34,336 nt of DNA from Parasitella parasitica NRRL 2501 (Eukaryota; Fungi; Mucoromycota), in assembly GCA_025201805.1 (NCBI GenBank), contig MU619371.1, positions 4,742 to 39,077 on the forward strand, written 5' to 3'. The translations under genes were made by a program, and so were the position numbers. Position 1 is the first letter of the stretch. Each line of letters opens with the position of its first letter. The notes beneath the pieces were generated by a model that saw only the letters and a list, made by a program, of their open reading frames with translations, searched no databases and was not told where the DNA came from. This document shows, piece after piece, positions 1-10,644 of the stretch.

Positions 1-1280
1 AGTGTCCTCAGGGTGTCTCCTGTACCCTATAAAACAATTTATATGCCCAACTATTAGTGATCCATCGTTGTTGGTGTTATATCAATAACATGGCAAGGTC
101 TCACATCAGGATCTCAGATCAGTCCCAGGGTCTTACAGTAAATCATGGGTAGTCATGATTTACATTATGCAGCTAGACAGTAGAACCCTAGTGTAATGAA
201 TGTGTATAAAATACATCGAGAGATGTATTATGAATAAAGGTGTAATTCTTTGGCAGATTTATTTTATCAGACTTTTGACATAACATAAATTGCGGAGAAA
301 ACTTAAAGAAATAAACAGATGTTGTTGTAGCATTTAAAGAAAATCACTTTAATAGTTTGACGCGGTCTGCCATAAAATTTTTAGCTATAACAGCATTATA
401 ACACGGAAATATATGAAAACACACACAACTATAACAATATGTTTTAGTTTTTAAAATCTTAATTTGAACAGCTATTAACTAGCCAATCAAAAGTGTCCTC
501 TGCTATAACACAATGTTATAGCTATTTCCTGACCATTCAATATTCCCATTTGCTATAACATAATGTTAGACCTTTTTTTTTTTAATTTTTTGCCCCTCTT
601 AAAAACTCTTGAAAAATGCATTATTGTGCCAGATCTTGAAAATGAGCACAGCAGGTGACTGTATGTGATATAAAAATATAAGAATTTATAAATTCTCAAA
701 GTCGGCAAAAGTCGACAAAAGCCGACAAAGTTTCTACCTTCGATATGGCGACTTAGCTTATAACCCGAGTTATTTGGGAAAATAATCACAAATAGCTGGA
801 GTTATTTTTGATCAAAGTCGCTCCAATAAAATAAATCAAGTTTTGGATCAGAATATGCGTAAAAGAAATTTTATAACTTTATCGAGACAGTTGTTGTGCC
901 AGTGTCAAAGGGCGCAGCGTAATGTTATATAAATATGATTTGTATAAAGTAATAAAGACTTTTCTGAATAAAACCAGATACAAAACTGAAGACTTTTATT
1001 GACATAAGATATGATCTGTATCTATCTATATAATTAAAAAAATGGAGTCTGCTAACTTTTTTTACACGCTTCGTAAAAAACAGTCGCATTCCAAATTTGG
1101 AAGCTCAGTTGATTCAATTAATAATGACACTTTTTATTACTACGAAAACAAAATGCCTGCTATTGGAATCTGCTCAAGCTGTGGTCAACAAGGCCATTCA
1201 CGTTTTAGCTCAGTTTATTTAATCAATAAAACATTGAAACTTTTTAATATGACACTTTTTATTTGGACACTTTTTATCAC

Positions 1281-1326
1281 AACGAATTATAACGAATTAT
1301 AACGAATTATAACGAATTATAACGAA
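1281..1326 (+). repeat. Perfect 10-bp tandem repeat (AACGAATTAT)x4.6
   Basis: Read directly; sits just upstream of ATG 1331 inside the Helitron. Confidence 0.95.
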
Positions 1327-1330
1327 CAAA

Positions 1331-2088
1331 ATGCCTGCTATTAGAATTTGTTTAAGCTGTGGTCAAAAAGGCCATTTACGTTCTACAAGCAGGCTTTGCC
1401 TAAATAATACCCGTTCTAACAGTAGCACTTGCGCAAGCTGTGGTGGTATAGGCCATCGTCGATCTTCTCATCGTGATTGCGCTAACAACATTGCTAATCG
1501 TATGTCTCAAATTTGTTTTCATTCTACAGTCATAATCGAACTTTTTGTATAAACTAGGGCCTCAACCTGAAACTATGGAAGTAGATCAGCAAGCAGAAAC
1601 AATCAGCGCTAATGATGCAACAACTAGCAGCCCTGTTTGTTCAAGCTGTGGACAAGAAGGTCATTTGCGACCTAACAGTAGATTGTGCGCCAACTCAACG
1701 CACAACAATACTCATAACATGGCCAGAAGAGGTACACCCTCTTTCACCGAGCGCCATGATCTTGGTAGAAGGAACAGCATCTGTCGCTATTGTCAAGCAC
1801 GAATGTGGGCATTGAGAAAAATGGAGGCACCAGTGCAAACCCCGATTTCTCTTTGTACTGTCCTGAGTTGATTGCTAATTTTCTGTTAGACCGGTATTCA
1901 CCATGACCATCAAGGCTCAACACTCGACTTTCTAGGTCTTTTTCTCACATGGCCAGTTATATGTTGCTTTCTCGCGCATTAAGCAGCTATCTTCAATCAA
2001 AATTCTTCTGCATAGAAATACCTCAACTACCAAAAACTATACTGGATCATACACCGATAATATTGTATTCCATGAAGTATTTAAATAA
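1331..2088 (+). pseudogene. Helitron RepHel remnant: CCHC knuckles plus N-terminal Zn motif joined to the last Pif1 helicase motifs; Rep domain and helicase core deleted
   Basis: Exon 1331-1499, GT-AG intron 1500-1557, exon from 1558 in frame. Frameshift near 1814 (MWAL / EKNGGTSANPDFSLYC). From 1879 another frame reads FSVRPVFTMTIKAQ, then after a stop VFFSHGQLYVAFSRIKQLSSIKILL...YTDNIVFHEVFK* (TAA 2086-2088). This matches the Helitron C-terminal consensus FP(V/L)RxAFAMTINKSQGQ...VFSHGQLYVAxSR...TxN(I/V)VYxEV. Confidence 0.9.
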
Positions 2089-4454
2089 CTCTACTGATTT
2101 TTACGTTTTTTTCCTATTGTGCGTTACTACATCTATGTTTTTATTTCTGTCTAACAATATATTTTAAGTTATAGATAAACAACAATAAAAGAGCATTGAA
2201 TATCTGATTAGCACTTATCAAAAGATTGAGCTCCCGGTAGGGCGACGATGGCCGTCGTGAGCGAAGCGAGCAGGTCAGCTAGTTTATACTAAAACATATC
2301 CCAATCAATGTTTATCCACATAACATCTGATGTTTGGCAAGAAGTGTCAAACCTTATTAAATCACAGCATTTCCAGGACAGACCTATCTTTCTATTTTAC
2401 ATTAAAGAGAAGATTGGGTAGGATGTCTTCCCGACATCCCGCGATCTGATCTAGATGTATTCTTTGAATAAGCCTGGAACCTTGCAAGAGGTCCAATTAC
2501 AACTTGTAGCTTATTCCTTATTTGTAAAAGAATTACCAACAATTAATATCATGATCCGTGCATTATAACTAAGTCAGATATGACACATATAGCCTTTATA
2601 TGGATACAACAAAACTGTTATTTCCGCAGAAGCTACTATAAGAATATCGACCGCATATCATCATGTTTTACATACCGCATAGAAAAGATGTAATAAAGGT
2701 TTTGATAAAGAGCAAAATAAACACTGTCTTATGCGCCATAAGAACAAGCATAATCATCGCTATCTAAGCATAAGTTGGTGTCGACTGGGCGATGAGTCTA
2801 TCAAAAGTTATGCGCAAAAACAGTTCTATTTTTCAATATTTTTTATTGTTTAAAATAACAAAATATAGTCAGAAAAAATACCATTAAAACTGAATATATT
2901 TATTTTGCTATTCCAGGATTGAATGAGGATTCAAATTGGTGTACACTTTGAAGGTATTTATAGTTATTTGACAGTGCCGCAGCAATAACACCATGATCTA
3001 GGTTGAGGGATAATTGGGTACACCTTGAACCAATCCCTAGGAGCTTGGTGGATCAGATTTTCCTAGTTACCAGTAAGACAAGGGCGCAAATACGTATGAA
3101 GAATAGAATGTTCTTCATAGTAGTTTTGATGGAAGAACATTCATCAGAATTTAACACCGATTTCAGGAACCACATGTCATAGGATAGCACCACTTTTTAC
3201 TGGGATAAAGATCAGCCATTCAATGGCACCACTCATGTCTCTTTGCAATGTTTAAATAAAGTCATTCCATTCTGCTACCCATTTCTACTCATGCTTGCTC
3301 GCTTTATGATAGATTATACTCTGTATAATCTATTACCGCTAAGATTTGATTCGTATCCTAAACATATACGATCTTTATGGTATAAAACAATTCAGATGCG
3401 TCGAAAGTATGTGTTATCATAAGGACAAAGAGCCATGCGTTTTTTTCAAGTTAGAGCAAACCGAGAGAACGAGTCCTTAAAATATCGAATAAATTGAACA
3501 GTTGAGAGATCCAATGTTCAGTTTAACAAAATAGGTGGTGTAGGATGCCCACACTTTTCTGCGGTCCCCTGAGAAACTGCACGTTTCCTGCCAAATGGAG
3601 ATAATGGGTTTTCGTTGCGACAAGGACGTACACGACGTACGAAGCCAGGCTCTCCATTTATTTCGATAATGCTGCTATATCGCAACTGCCTATCGAGGAT
3701 ATAAAGCTTCTGCCGTAAACAGATCACTGCGCCATAAGATTTGATAAATTTATTCTTTGGAATTTATACAAAAGCTTGAAACAAAATATGAGAACTAGCG
3801 AGATGTAATGCGACATTACAAGCTTTCATCATTACTGATAAAAGTTACATAAATGGTGTAAATACCTCTTGGCAAAAATAAAGGGACCAGGGAACATATG
3901 AAAACGAAGCAAGCATTATATACAATACACAGCACAGCTTTTTTTTTTTTTCCAGAGCCTGGATATGTTTTTATTGTTGCTAATGTGCTATGATCAGACC
4001 ATTCAGTTTGTTTAGCAGACACTCTGATTCCAGATAACAAAAGTTTTTATAGTGGGAACTCAATTGTCAAATAACTCTTGTTTTCATGTCGCTTTTCGCA
4101 ATGCCAACGGCATAATACCATACTAGTAGCATGTCACTTTGTTTTTGACCAATAAACACTTTAATTTCTCATTCAATCTTGGAATATCTAAATAAATATA
4201 TTCAGTTCTAATTATCTATATTTCGTTATTCTACACAAATATTGCGTGAATTGAATGCATTTGTATTCCTGCAATGCATCGACACTGTATGATGATGACT
4301 GAAAACCTAAAGTTTTATTTTTGAGGGTTCTGAACAAGATATTTGTCTGAGACTCATACCGTATACTGTCAGGTATTTAGAATTGATATCGAGTATTATT
4401 GTCAGCTTAATTACCCAGTCAATGCAAATAATTTATAGTATCTTTGATACATGT

Positions 4455-6635
4455 TCAAGAAATGGATTTATCCAACTCCTCCAACGAAGGGAATTTATGC
4501 TCAAAATCGTCGACTGAGGGAACTTGCTGATTCGTTTGTTGGGATCTGAATCTTGCAGGTTTAGGAGGCGGGGCAGGCTTGCTCTTTTTGGGGGCGCTCG
4601 TTGTGGCAGGAGGCTTGGTAGTATGTGAGCCACTATTTCGACTAGCTTTCTTGATGGCCATGAAACGTGCTTCTATGCTTGACGACACGCCGCGATTTAT
4701 TTGGGGCATGTCATCGTCACTATCCCCCTCTTTGTCTACAGAATTACCCTCAGTTCCTTCCACGGGTGGTTTGAAATCTTCTTTGAATGACTTGAGCATT
4801 GGAGAGCTGGGTTGTGTTTGCAATATCTTGGTTGCCATTTGCGGTTTGGGTGTGACATGCTGTGTGATGGGAGCACTTTGTACTCGAGGCGGAGGTGATG
4901 TTTTTGACGATGATGAAGAAGATTTTGATGACTCGGGCGGCATGAAACTGTTTTGGAAAGACGCATGTGATGTGGTAGAGTCTGTATCTATACTGGCATT
5001 TGTGGCAGTCGCAGGAGGGGTAGACGATTTGCCGACATGAGCTGGATCAAATGGATCGAATGCGTCTGTAGCAGACGCTGAATTCACTTGAACTGGATTA
5101 TCAGCCGGCATTCGTTCTGATTTTGTAGGACGCCCTCTTCTCATAGGTGTGATATGGGGTAGTTCTTGTGATGGAGAAGGCACTTTTTCAAAGATAGACC
5201 CATCACCAGCCGACGTAGGTGTAGATTGATATTGGTGCTGTTGTTGTTGTTGTTGTTGTGCAAATGGTGGAGTAGTTATAGGCTCAGAGTATATCTTTAT
5301 TGAATTTAGTTAGCCCATTACATGTGTTTACAGAGAGAGAAAAAAATCCACTCACATCTCGAATAGGGCATTCTAAACCTCTCAAATGACACACTGAATT
5401 CAACACTTGGTAGATATTAGGTCTGCAGTTTTGGTCTTCTTGAAGCATGGAAATAATCAAACGGCGCATACCCTCTGAGAACACTGGAGAACTTGGTATA
5501 GAGTAACGAGCGTTCAGAATAGCGAGTTGGCCCTCTTCTTCAAATGGAGTTGTATAGTAACATAATTTGTACAGCAAAACTCCCATTGCCCAAATATCAG
5601 CCTTCTCGTTGATGGGTTTCTTTTGATAGACGTCAATCATTTCTGGTGCTCGGTACTGCAAAGTTGTATGTCGCTGAATATCATCTTCTAGTTTCTGCAA
5701 ATCTCTGAGGGTGTTTGGCAAGTATGCTCCTTTGGAAAGTGATGCAGAACCAAAATCGCATAGCTTGTAACTGTCTTGGTTCAGAATCAAGATATTTTCT
5801 ACTTTCAAGTCTCGGTGAAGAACAGGTGGGTTGCAGTAATGCATATAAGAAAGTGCCTATGAGCGTACATATGAGTATGGGTATGAGATGGGCACGATGC
5901 CTAGTTTTCATGCTTGTGTACCTCTGCTACATCGCTGAATATCTTTAATATTTCAGGCTCTGTTAATCTTTGCTGCAGTCGTCTATTCATCAAATCAATG
6001 ACACCACCGCCTATTTAATTGCAAGTCAGTTAATATTGTGATGGTGATCACTGCTTTACGTTTATCGCTCACCAGGACAGTACTCCATCAAAATAAGGGC
6101 TTCGAACCCACCCACAGGCAACGCGTCAATTCTGGATTCATAATATCGTACAATATTCTTATGGTCTCCTAATCTTCTCTGTTGCGAAAAGCCTTATTTA
6201 GTACATGTCCGTTCATGTCAATCTTCTGCAATCTACTTGCCATGAATGCAATTTCCTTTTCGACCATTTTCAGCCTCTCTCCATCGGGAACCGCAACTCT
6301 CTTTAAAACCACATAGCCTGACTTTCCCTCAATCCTCGCAATGTATACGTGAGCAAAACCGCCTTTGATGATTGAGTCAGTACACAAGACAAAAGACGGG
6401 TTTAGCAACAACAACAACAAAAAAAAAAAAAAAAGAAAAAAAAAAATCTACCTTCAGCAATAAAATTATGGACAATCACTTGGTATTTGCCAACTTGCAA
6501 GCGAGTGCCGGCTGGCATTGCACCTGGAGGTAATGGCGGGGCATTGAAAGAGTCGATGCCGACAGGTACTGGCGGCAAAGTTTGTCCAATGCCCTGCTGT
6601 TCAGGTATACGGTTATGTCTCGAAGCTTGCTGCAT
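4455..6635 (-). CDS. Ark1/Prk1/AAK1 (NAK-family) Ser/Thr kinase, ~613 aa
   Basis: Exons 6635-6452, 6362-6241, 6178-6073, 6010-5922, 5856-5356, 5294-4455. Motifs [55 protein letters not shown]. Pro/Ser/Gln-rich tail with ITPMRRGRP and a DPF motif. Confidence 0.93.
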
Positions 6636-7214
6636 AGTGATATAAGGGAAAGCAAAAGAAAAACAAAAAAAAAACCTAAAGGTCCCTCCCATTTGTATTA
6701 ACGGTAGTAACCTCACCAAGGCGGGATAAAACCAACCAATGAGAGCATACAGATACTTGAGTTTATCTTTGTCAGATCGACTACTTTAGGCCATGAATGA
6801 CATTGCTGCTTGGACAGTGGAAATGACCCGAAACATACCAAGATGGTGGAGAGGGGTGGGGGGGGGAATTACAGTTGTTGCCAGTTTCGCTGTAGGCAAT
6901 GATTAAGGATATATTTTGGCGTAGAAGGGACAATTGTTTACACCAATCTCATTGTGTTTAATCCTCATGGCGCAAATGGGTTGGAACCAATTTTTGTCTT
7001 TTTTCCACAAGGGCTCGATATATAACGAATTGTGCTGTGTATATGAGCAGAGGGTTGATTTGCAAATGTTTGAAAAAAAAAAAAAAAAAAAAAAAAAAAG
7101 TGTCTGGACTTTTTCAGTAGTAGTGCCGGTTTATGCTCGCATTTTTTTTCCCTCTCTTTTCTTTCTCTCTTTATCCTTATTAATTTCCACATTTTCACTC
7201 ATCAACAAATACAT

Positions 7215-7358
7215 ATGAGAATGCTCTCACTTGGCACAGACGATAATGTGAATTCAGCAAACGACATCATCATCAATTATTCAGAGTTCAGCGATCATCC
7301 AATACCACACATCGCACAAGTAAAGTATATTCTACAAGTGGTCAGNNNNNNNNNNAAA

Positions 7359-7389
<31 letters not shown>

Positions 7390-7880
7390 TAAAGCAAACC
7401 AAGGATACAAACTGGGATTGTGGCCTGGCTTGCATTGTCATGACGCTCAGAGGGTTAGGGTTTAACACCAATCTGGAAGACGTGGCAAGACAATGTCCAG
7501 TCGACAGCGTCTGGACAATCGACTTGGCATTTCTACTTCGCAACTATGTCCATGACTTTACCTACTACACAAGCTACTTGGGCAGCCGAAAAGAATACCA
7601 GGACCAAAAGTTTTATCAGGACGACTTTGACGAAGACGAAAAACGGGTGAACAAGCTGTTTGCCATTGCAAAGAGCTGCTCAGTACATGTTGTACGAATG
7701 CAAGTTTCTATATATATTTATATACACACACCCTTTTTTCCACATACACTCATGGACTCATCTACTTGAATGATTTAGGATGCTGCCGCTGGATGATTAC
7801 AAGCGATTCCTCTACTGCAAAAAATTTGCAATCATCACACTCGTGAATGCTCGCTTATTAAAATGTCAGTTGTGCAGGGT

Positions 7881-7914
<34 letters not shown>

Positions 7915-8309
7915 AATGCATGTGATATGTATGCTTATATTCGCCGCAGAGACGTCGAGGGTGCTTGGGCAGTGTTTGCGGGCAATTGGACGTATTGCTG
8001 GAGAAATTCAAAGGCAACGAGTATCTGGGTAAGCGCACAGTCTCTTCACGCCTCTCCTTTTGCGATTGCTGACATGCGCGCTTGTGTGTTGTAGGACATT
8101 TTATAGTGTTAATTGGCTACGATCCGACGGAAGACCTGTTTATCTATCGTGATCCAGCAGCAAGCGATGAATTCTGTACAATATCAGCTGATGATTTGGA
8201 CGATGCAAGGCAGTCAGAGGGAACAGATCATGATTGGTACGTTGTTTTACTAATGCAAACGAAACTCTATGCTGATCGTCTTGGCAGTATTGTAGTCAAA
8301 TTGTCGTGA
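7215..8309 (+). CDS. GUCD1-like protein (peptidase C39-like fold), ~247 aa
   Basis: Exons 7215-7319, ~7404-7699 (acceptor could be 9 nt earlier), 7779-7878, 7950-8028, 8095-8236, 8288-8309. Motifs PHIAQ...WDCGLAC, SVWTIDLAFLL, GHFIVLIGYD, YRDPA, ARQSEGTD. Confidence 0.85.
7883..7911 (+). repeat. (GT)n microsatellite in intron
   Basis: About 14 GT units just after the donor at 7879. Confidence 0.9.
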
Positions 8310-8694
8310 ATCTATCGTCTATACCTTGTTTTTTATTTTGCAATAAAAACAAAAAACATCTCTCGATTCTCAATGCAGCTTTTTTTTTTTTTTTGCTGAA
8401 CACAGGGCAGCGCATGTAGCACAACGGAACTTGAGGCAGCTTTAACTGAGTTGTGAACAAGTCTTCATCATTGGCTACTGCAGAAAGCTAATTTCCTTGT
8501 TGAACAATACAAGATTGACGCGTTGGCTATAAAAGAAAANNNNNNNNNNNNNNNNNNNNNNNNNNNNNNNNNNNNNNNNNNNNNNNNNNNNNNNNNNNNN
8601 NNNNNNNNNNNNNNAAAAAAAGAATTTTCATTCTTCTTCTTCCTTTCCATCCTATTTATTAATCAGTAAACACACACACACTGACATACACACA

Positions 8695-9617
8695 ATGACC
8701 GTCCCCAACTACAGTAGTTACCCTAATAACGTCGGCATCTTGGCCATGGAAATGTACTTTCCCAAGAGAGTAAGTAGTAGACGAGCGGGCATGCAGCAAA
8801 ATAGTAACATGGAATATAGTGCGTTATTCAATCAGAAATGGAGGAATTCGATGGTGTCAGTGCCGGCAAGTATACCATTGGCCTCGGCCAAGACAAGATG
8901 GCCTTCATTGACGACCGCGAAGACATCCAGTCTATTTGTTTGACAGGTAAACAAACATTCCCAAAACAACCCACTGTCCAAGACTGACTTCTTTGTCGAT
9001 AGCGGTGCAAACTTTGATGGAAAAATACAATATCTCCTACAGCGATATCGGCCGTCTGGAGGTCGGCACCGAGACGATCATCGACAAGTCAAAGTCGGTC
9101 AAGACCTGCTTGATGACTCTCTTCACTGAGCAAGGTAATACTGAGGTTGAGGGTATTGACACTACCAATGCTTGCTATGGCGGTTTTGCCGCCTTCTCCA
9201 ACGCAGTCAATTGGATCGAATCGTCTTCGTGGGATGGTCGTTATGCTATCGTTGTCGCGGGCGATCTCGCCTTGTATGCGTCGGGTGCTGCTCGTCCCAC
9301 CTCGGGTGCTGGCGTCGTTGCCTTGTTGATCGGTAAAGATGCCCCTATCGTTGTCGAGCGTGGTCTTCGATCTACTCATATGGAGCATGCCTATGACTTT
9401 TACAAGCCTGACATGCACTCGGAGTACCCCGTCGTGGATGGCAGATTCTCAAACACATGTTATATTCGCGCCTTTGATTCTTGCTACCGCCGCTATATGG
9501 CTCGTTTGGGCAAGCTTGAAAACAAGGACAAGCCTAGCATGGATGACATTGATTATGTCGTTTGCCACTCTCCTTATGCCAAGCTGGTCAACAAGTCGTT
9601 TGCTCGTGCAGTAAGTG

Positions 9618-9648
<31 letters not shown>

Positions 9649-10277
9649 TTATTACAACATTAGGAGAGAAAAGTTGTCCAAGGGCGCCGTCTCCACATTT
9701 ATTAACACCAAAAACTCTACATCTGTAGTCTTACAATGATTTCCTGTTGGATGGGGACAATGAAAAGTTTGCTACTCTCACGGCGTTCAAAGACATGTCT
9801 TATGCTGACTCCCTCGAAAGCAAGGATCTAGAGAAAGCGTTGATGGGCATGACCAAGGCTGGATACGCTGACAAGGTTGGCCCAGCTGCATATGTTCCCA
9901 AGCAGATTGGCAACATGTATACTGCTGCTGTTTGGGCGGGATTAGCCTCTCTTGTTTCTGAGGTAGGCTCTGAGACCCTCCAAAACAAGCGCATCATGTT
10001 GTACTCTTATGGCTCCGGCTTGGCTGCATCCATGATCTCGTTCCGTGTCCGTGGTTCCACCGAAGAAATCAAACAAAACTTGAACCTCCGTCAGCGCCTT
10101 GACGATCGCACTCACTCCAAGCCTGATGAGTTTGCCGCAGCCATGAAGATGCGTGAAAATACTCACAATGCCTGCAACTTTGATCCTTCTGGCAACCTCG
10201 AAAACATTGCTAGTGGCGTCTACTATGTCGAGAAGATTGACGATAAATGGAGACGTTTTTACAAGCGCAAGGACTAG
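8695..10277 (+). CDS. ERG13: Hydroxymethylglutaryl-CoA synthase, ~452 aa
   Basis: Exons 8695-8769, 8820-8946, 9003-9610, 9729-10277. Motifs [29 protein letters not shown] (catalytic Cys), [23 protein letters not shown]. Confidence 0.97.
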
Positions 10278-10644
10278 GTATAAACGGGAGCACTACTGCA
10301 CACGAAAGACATGGACAAGGAGTCAACCAATACGAGTTTGATGAAAGCCTGTACACCCTTCCTGTATCACAAACACTTTTAAAAAATAATATTCCAAATA
10401 ATCCCCGTGAAAAACTTTTTTTCATCACAATAATACATACATTTCATCATTTTCCTTGGGTAATAAAACACTTTTTTTTTTTTTTTTTTTGCTTTAATGT
10501 ACATGGGTGATTTGGCTCTCTTGCCTCTCTGATCACAAGTAACAGAGTGTCTCTTGTTGGGCATTTTACCTGAAAATTAGCAATGCAAACACGGAATTAG
10601 TGTGTCAAATGGGTATAACGAAATACACTTTATTTTAAAAGGCT

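Larger units (their letters stand above)
1021..2282 (+). mobile_element. Non-autonomous (internally deleted) Helitron, ~1262 bp
   Basis: 5' end A|TCTATCTATATAATTAAAA at 1021 (1025 is an alternative). 3' end ...GCGAAGCGAGCAGGTCAGCTAG|T, with CTAG at 2279-2282, preceded by the GC-rich hairpin CGACG-ATGGC-CGTCG (2243-2257). Insertion lies between A and T with no TSD. Internal remnants of the RepHel N-terminus (HDLG..CRYCQARMW..NPDFSL) and C-terminus (FTMTI.KAQ, FSHGQLYVAFSR, TDNIVFHEVFK*). Confidence 0.92.

Noticed and set aside
178-200. CAGTAGAACCC..., resembling a pogo/Tc1 TIR start
   Set aside because: No preceding TA and no matching inverted partner seen in the window.
1281-1326. Tandem repeat as a CRISPR-like array
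   Set aside because: 10-bp head-to-tail units without spacers, in eukaryotic DNA.
1949-2167. 72-aa plus-strand ORF
   Set aside because: Off-frame shadow of the Helitron helicase C-terminal remnant.
4340-4380. CTGAGA...ATACC as a TPP riboswitch
   Set aside because: Lacks the downstream TGATC...TAAT...GCG core, and no thiamine gene is nearby.
4579-5040. 153-aa antisense ORF
   Set aside because: Antisense shadow of the low-complexity kinase tail. The same applies to antisense ORFs inside XRN1, the acyl-CoA synthetase, ALDH and CWH41.
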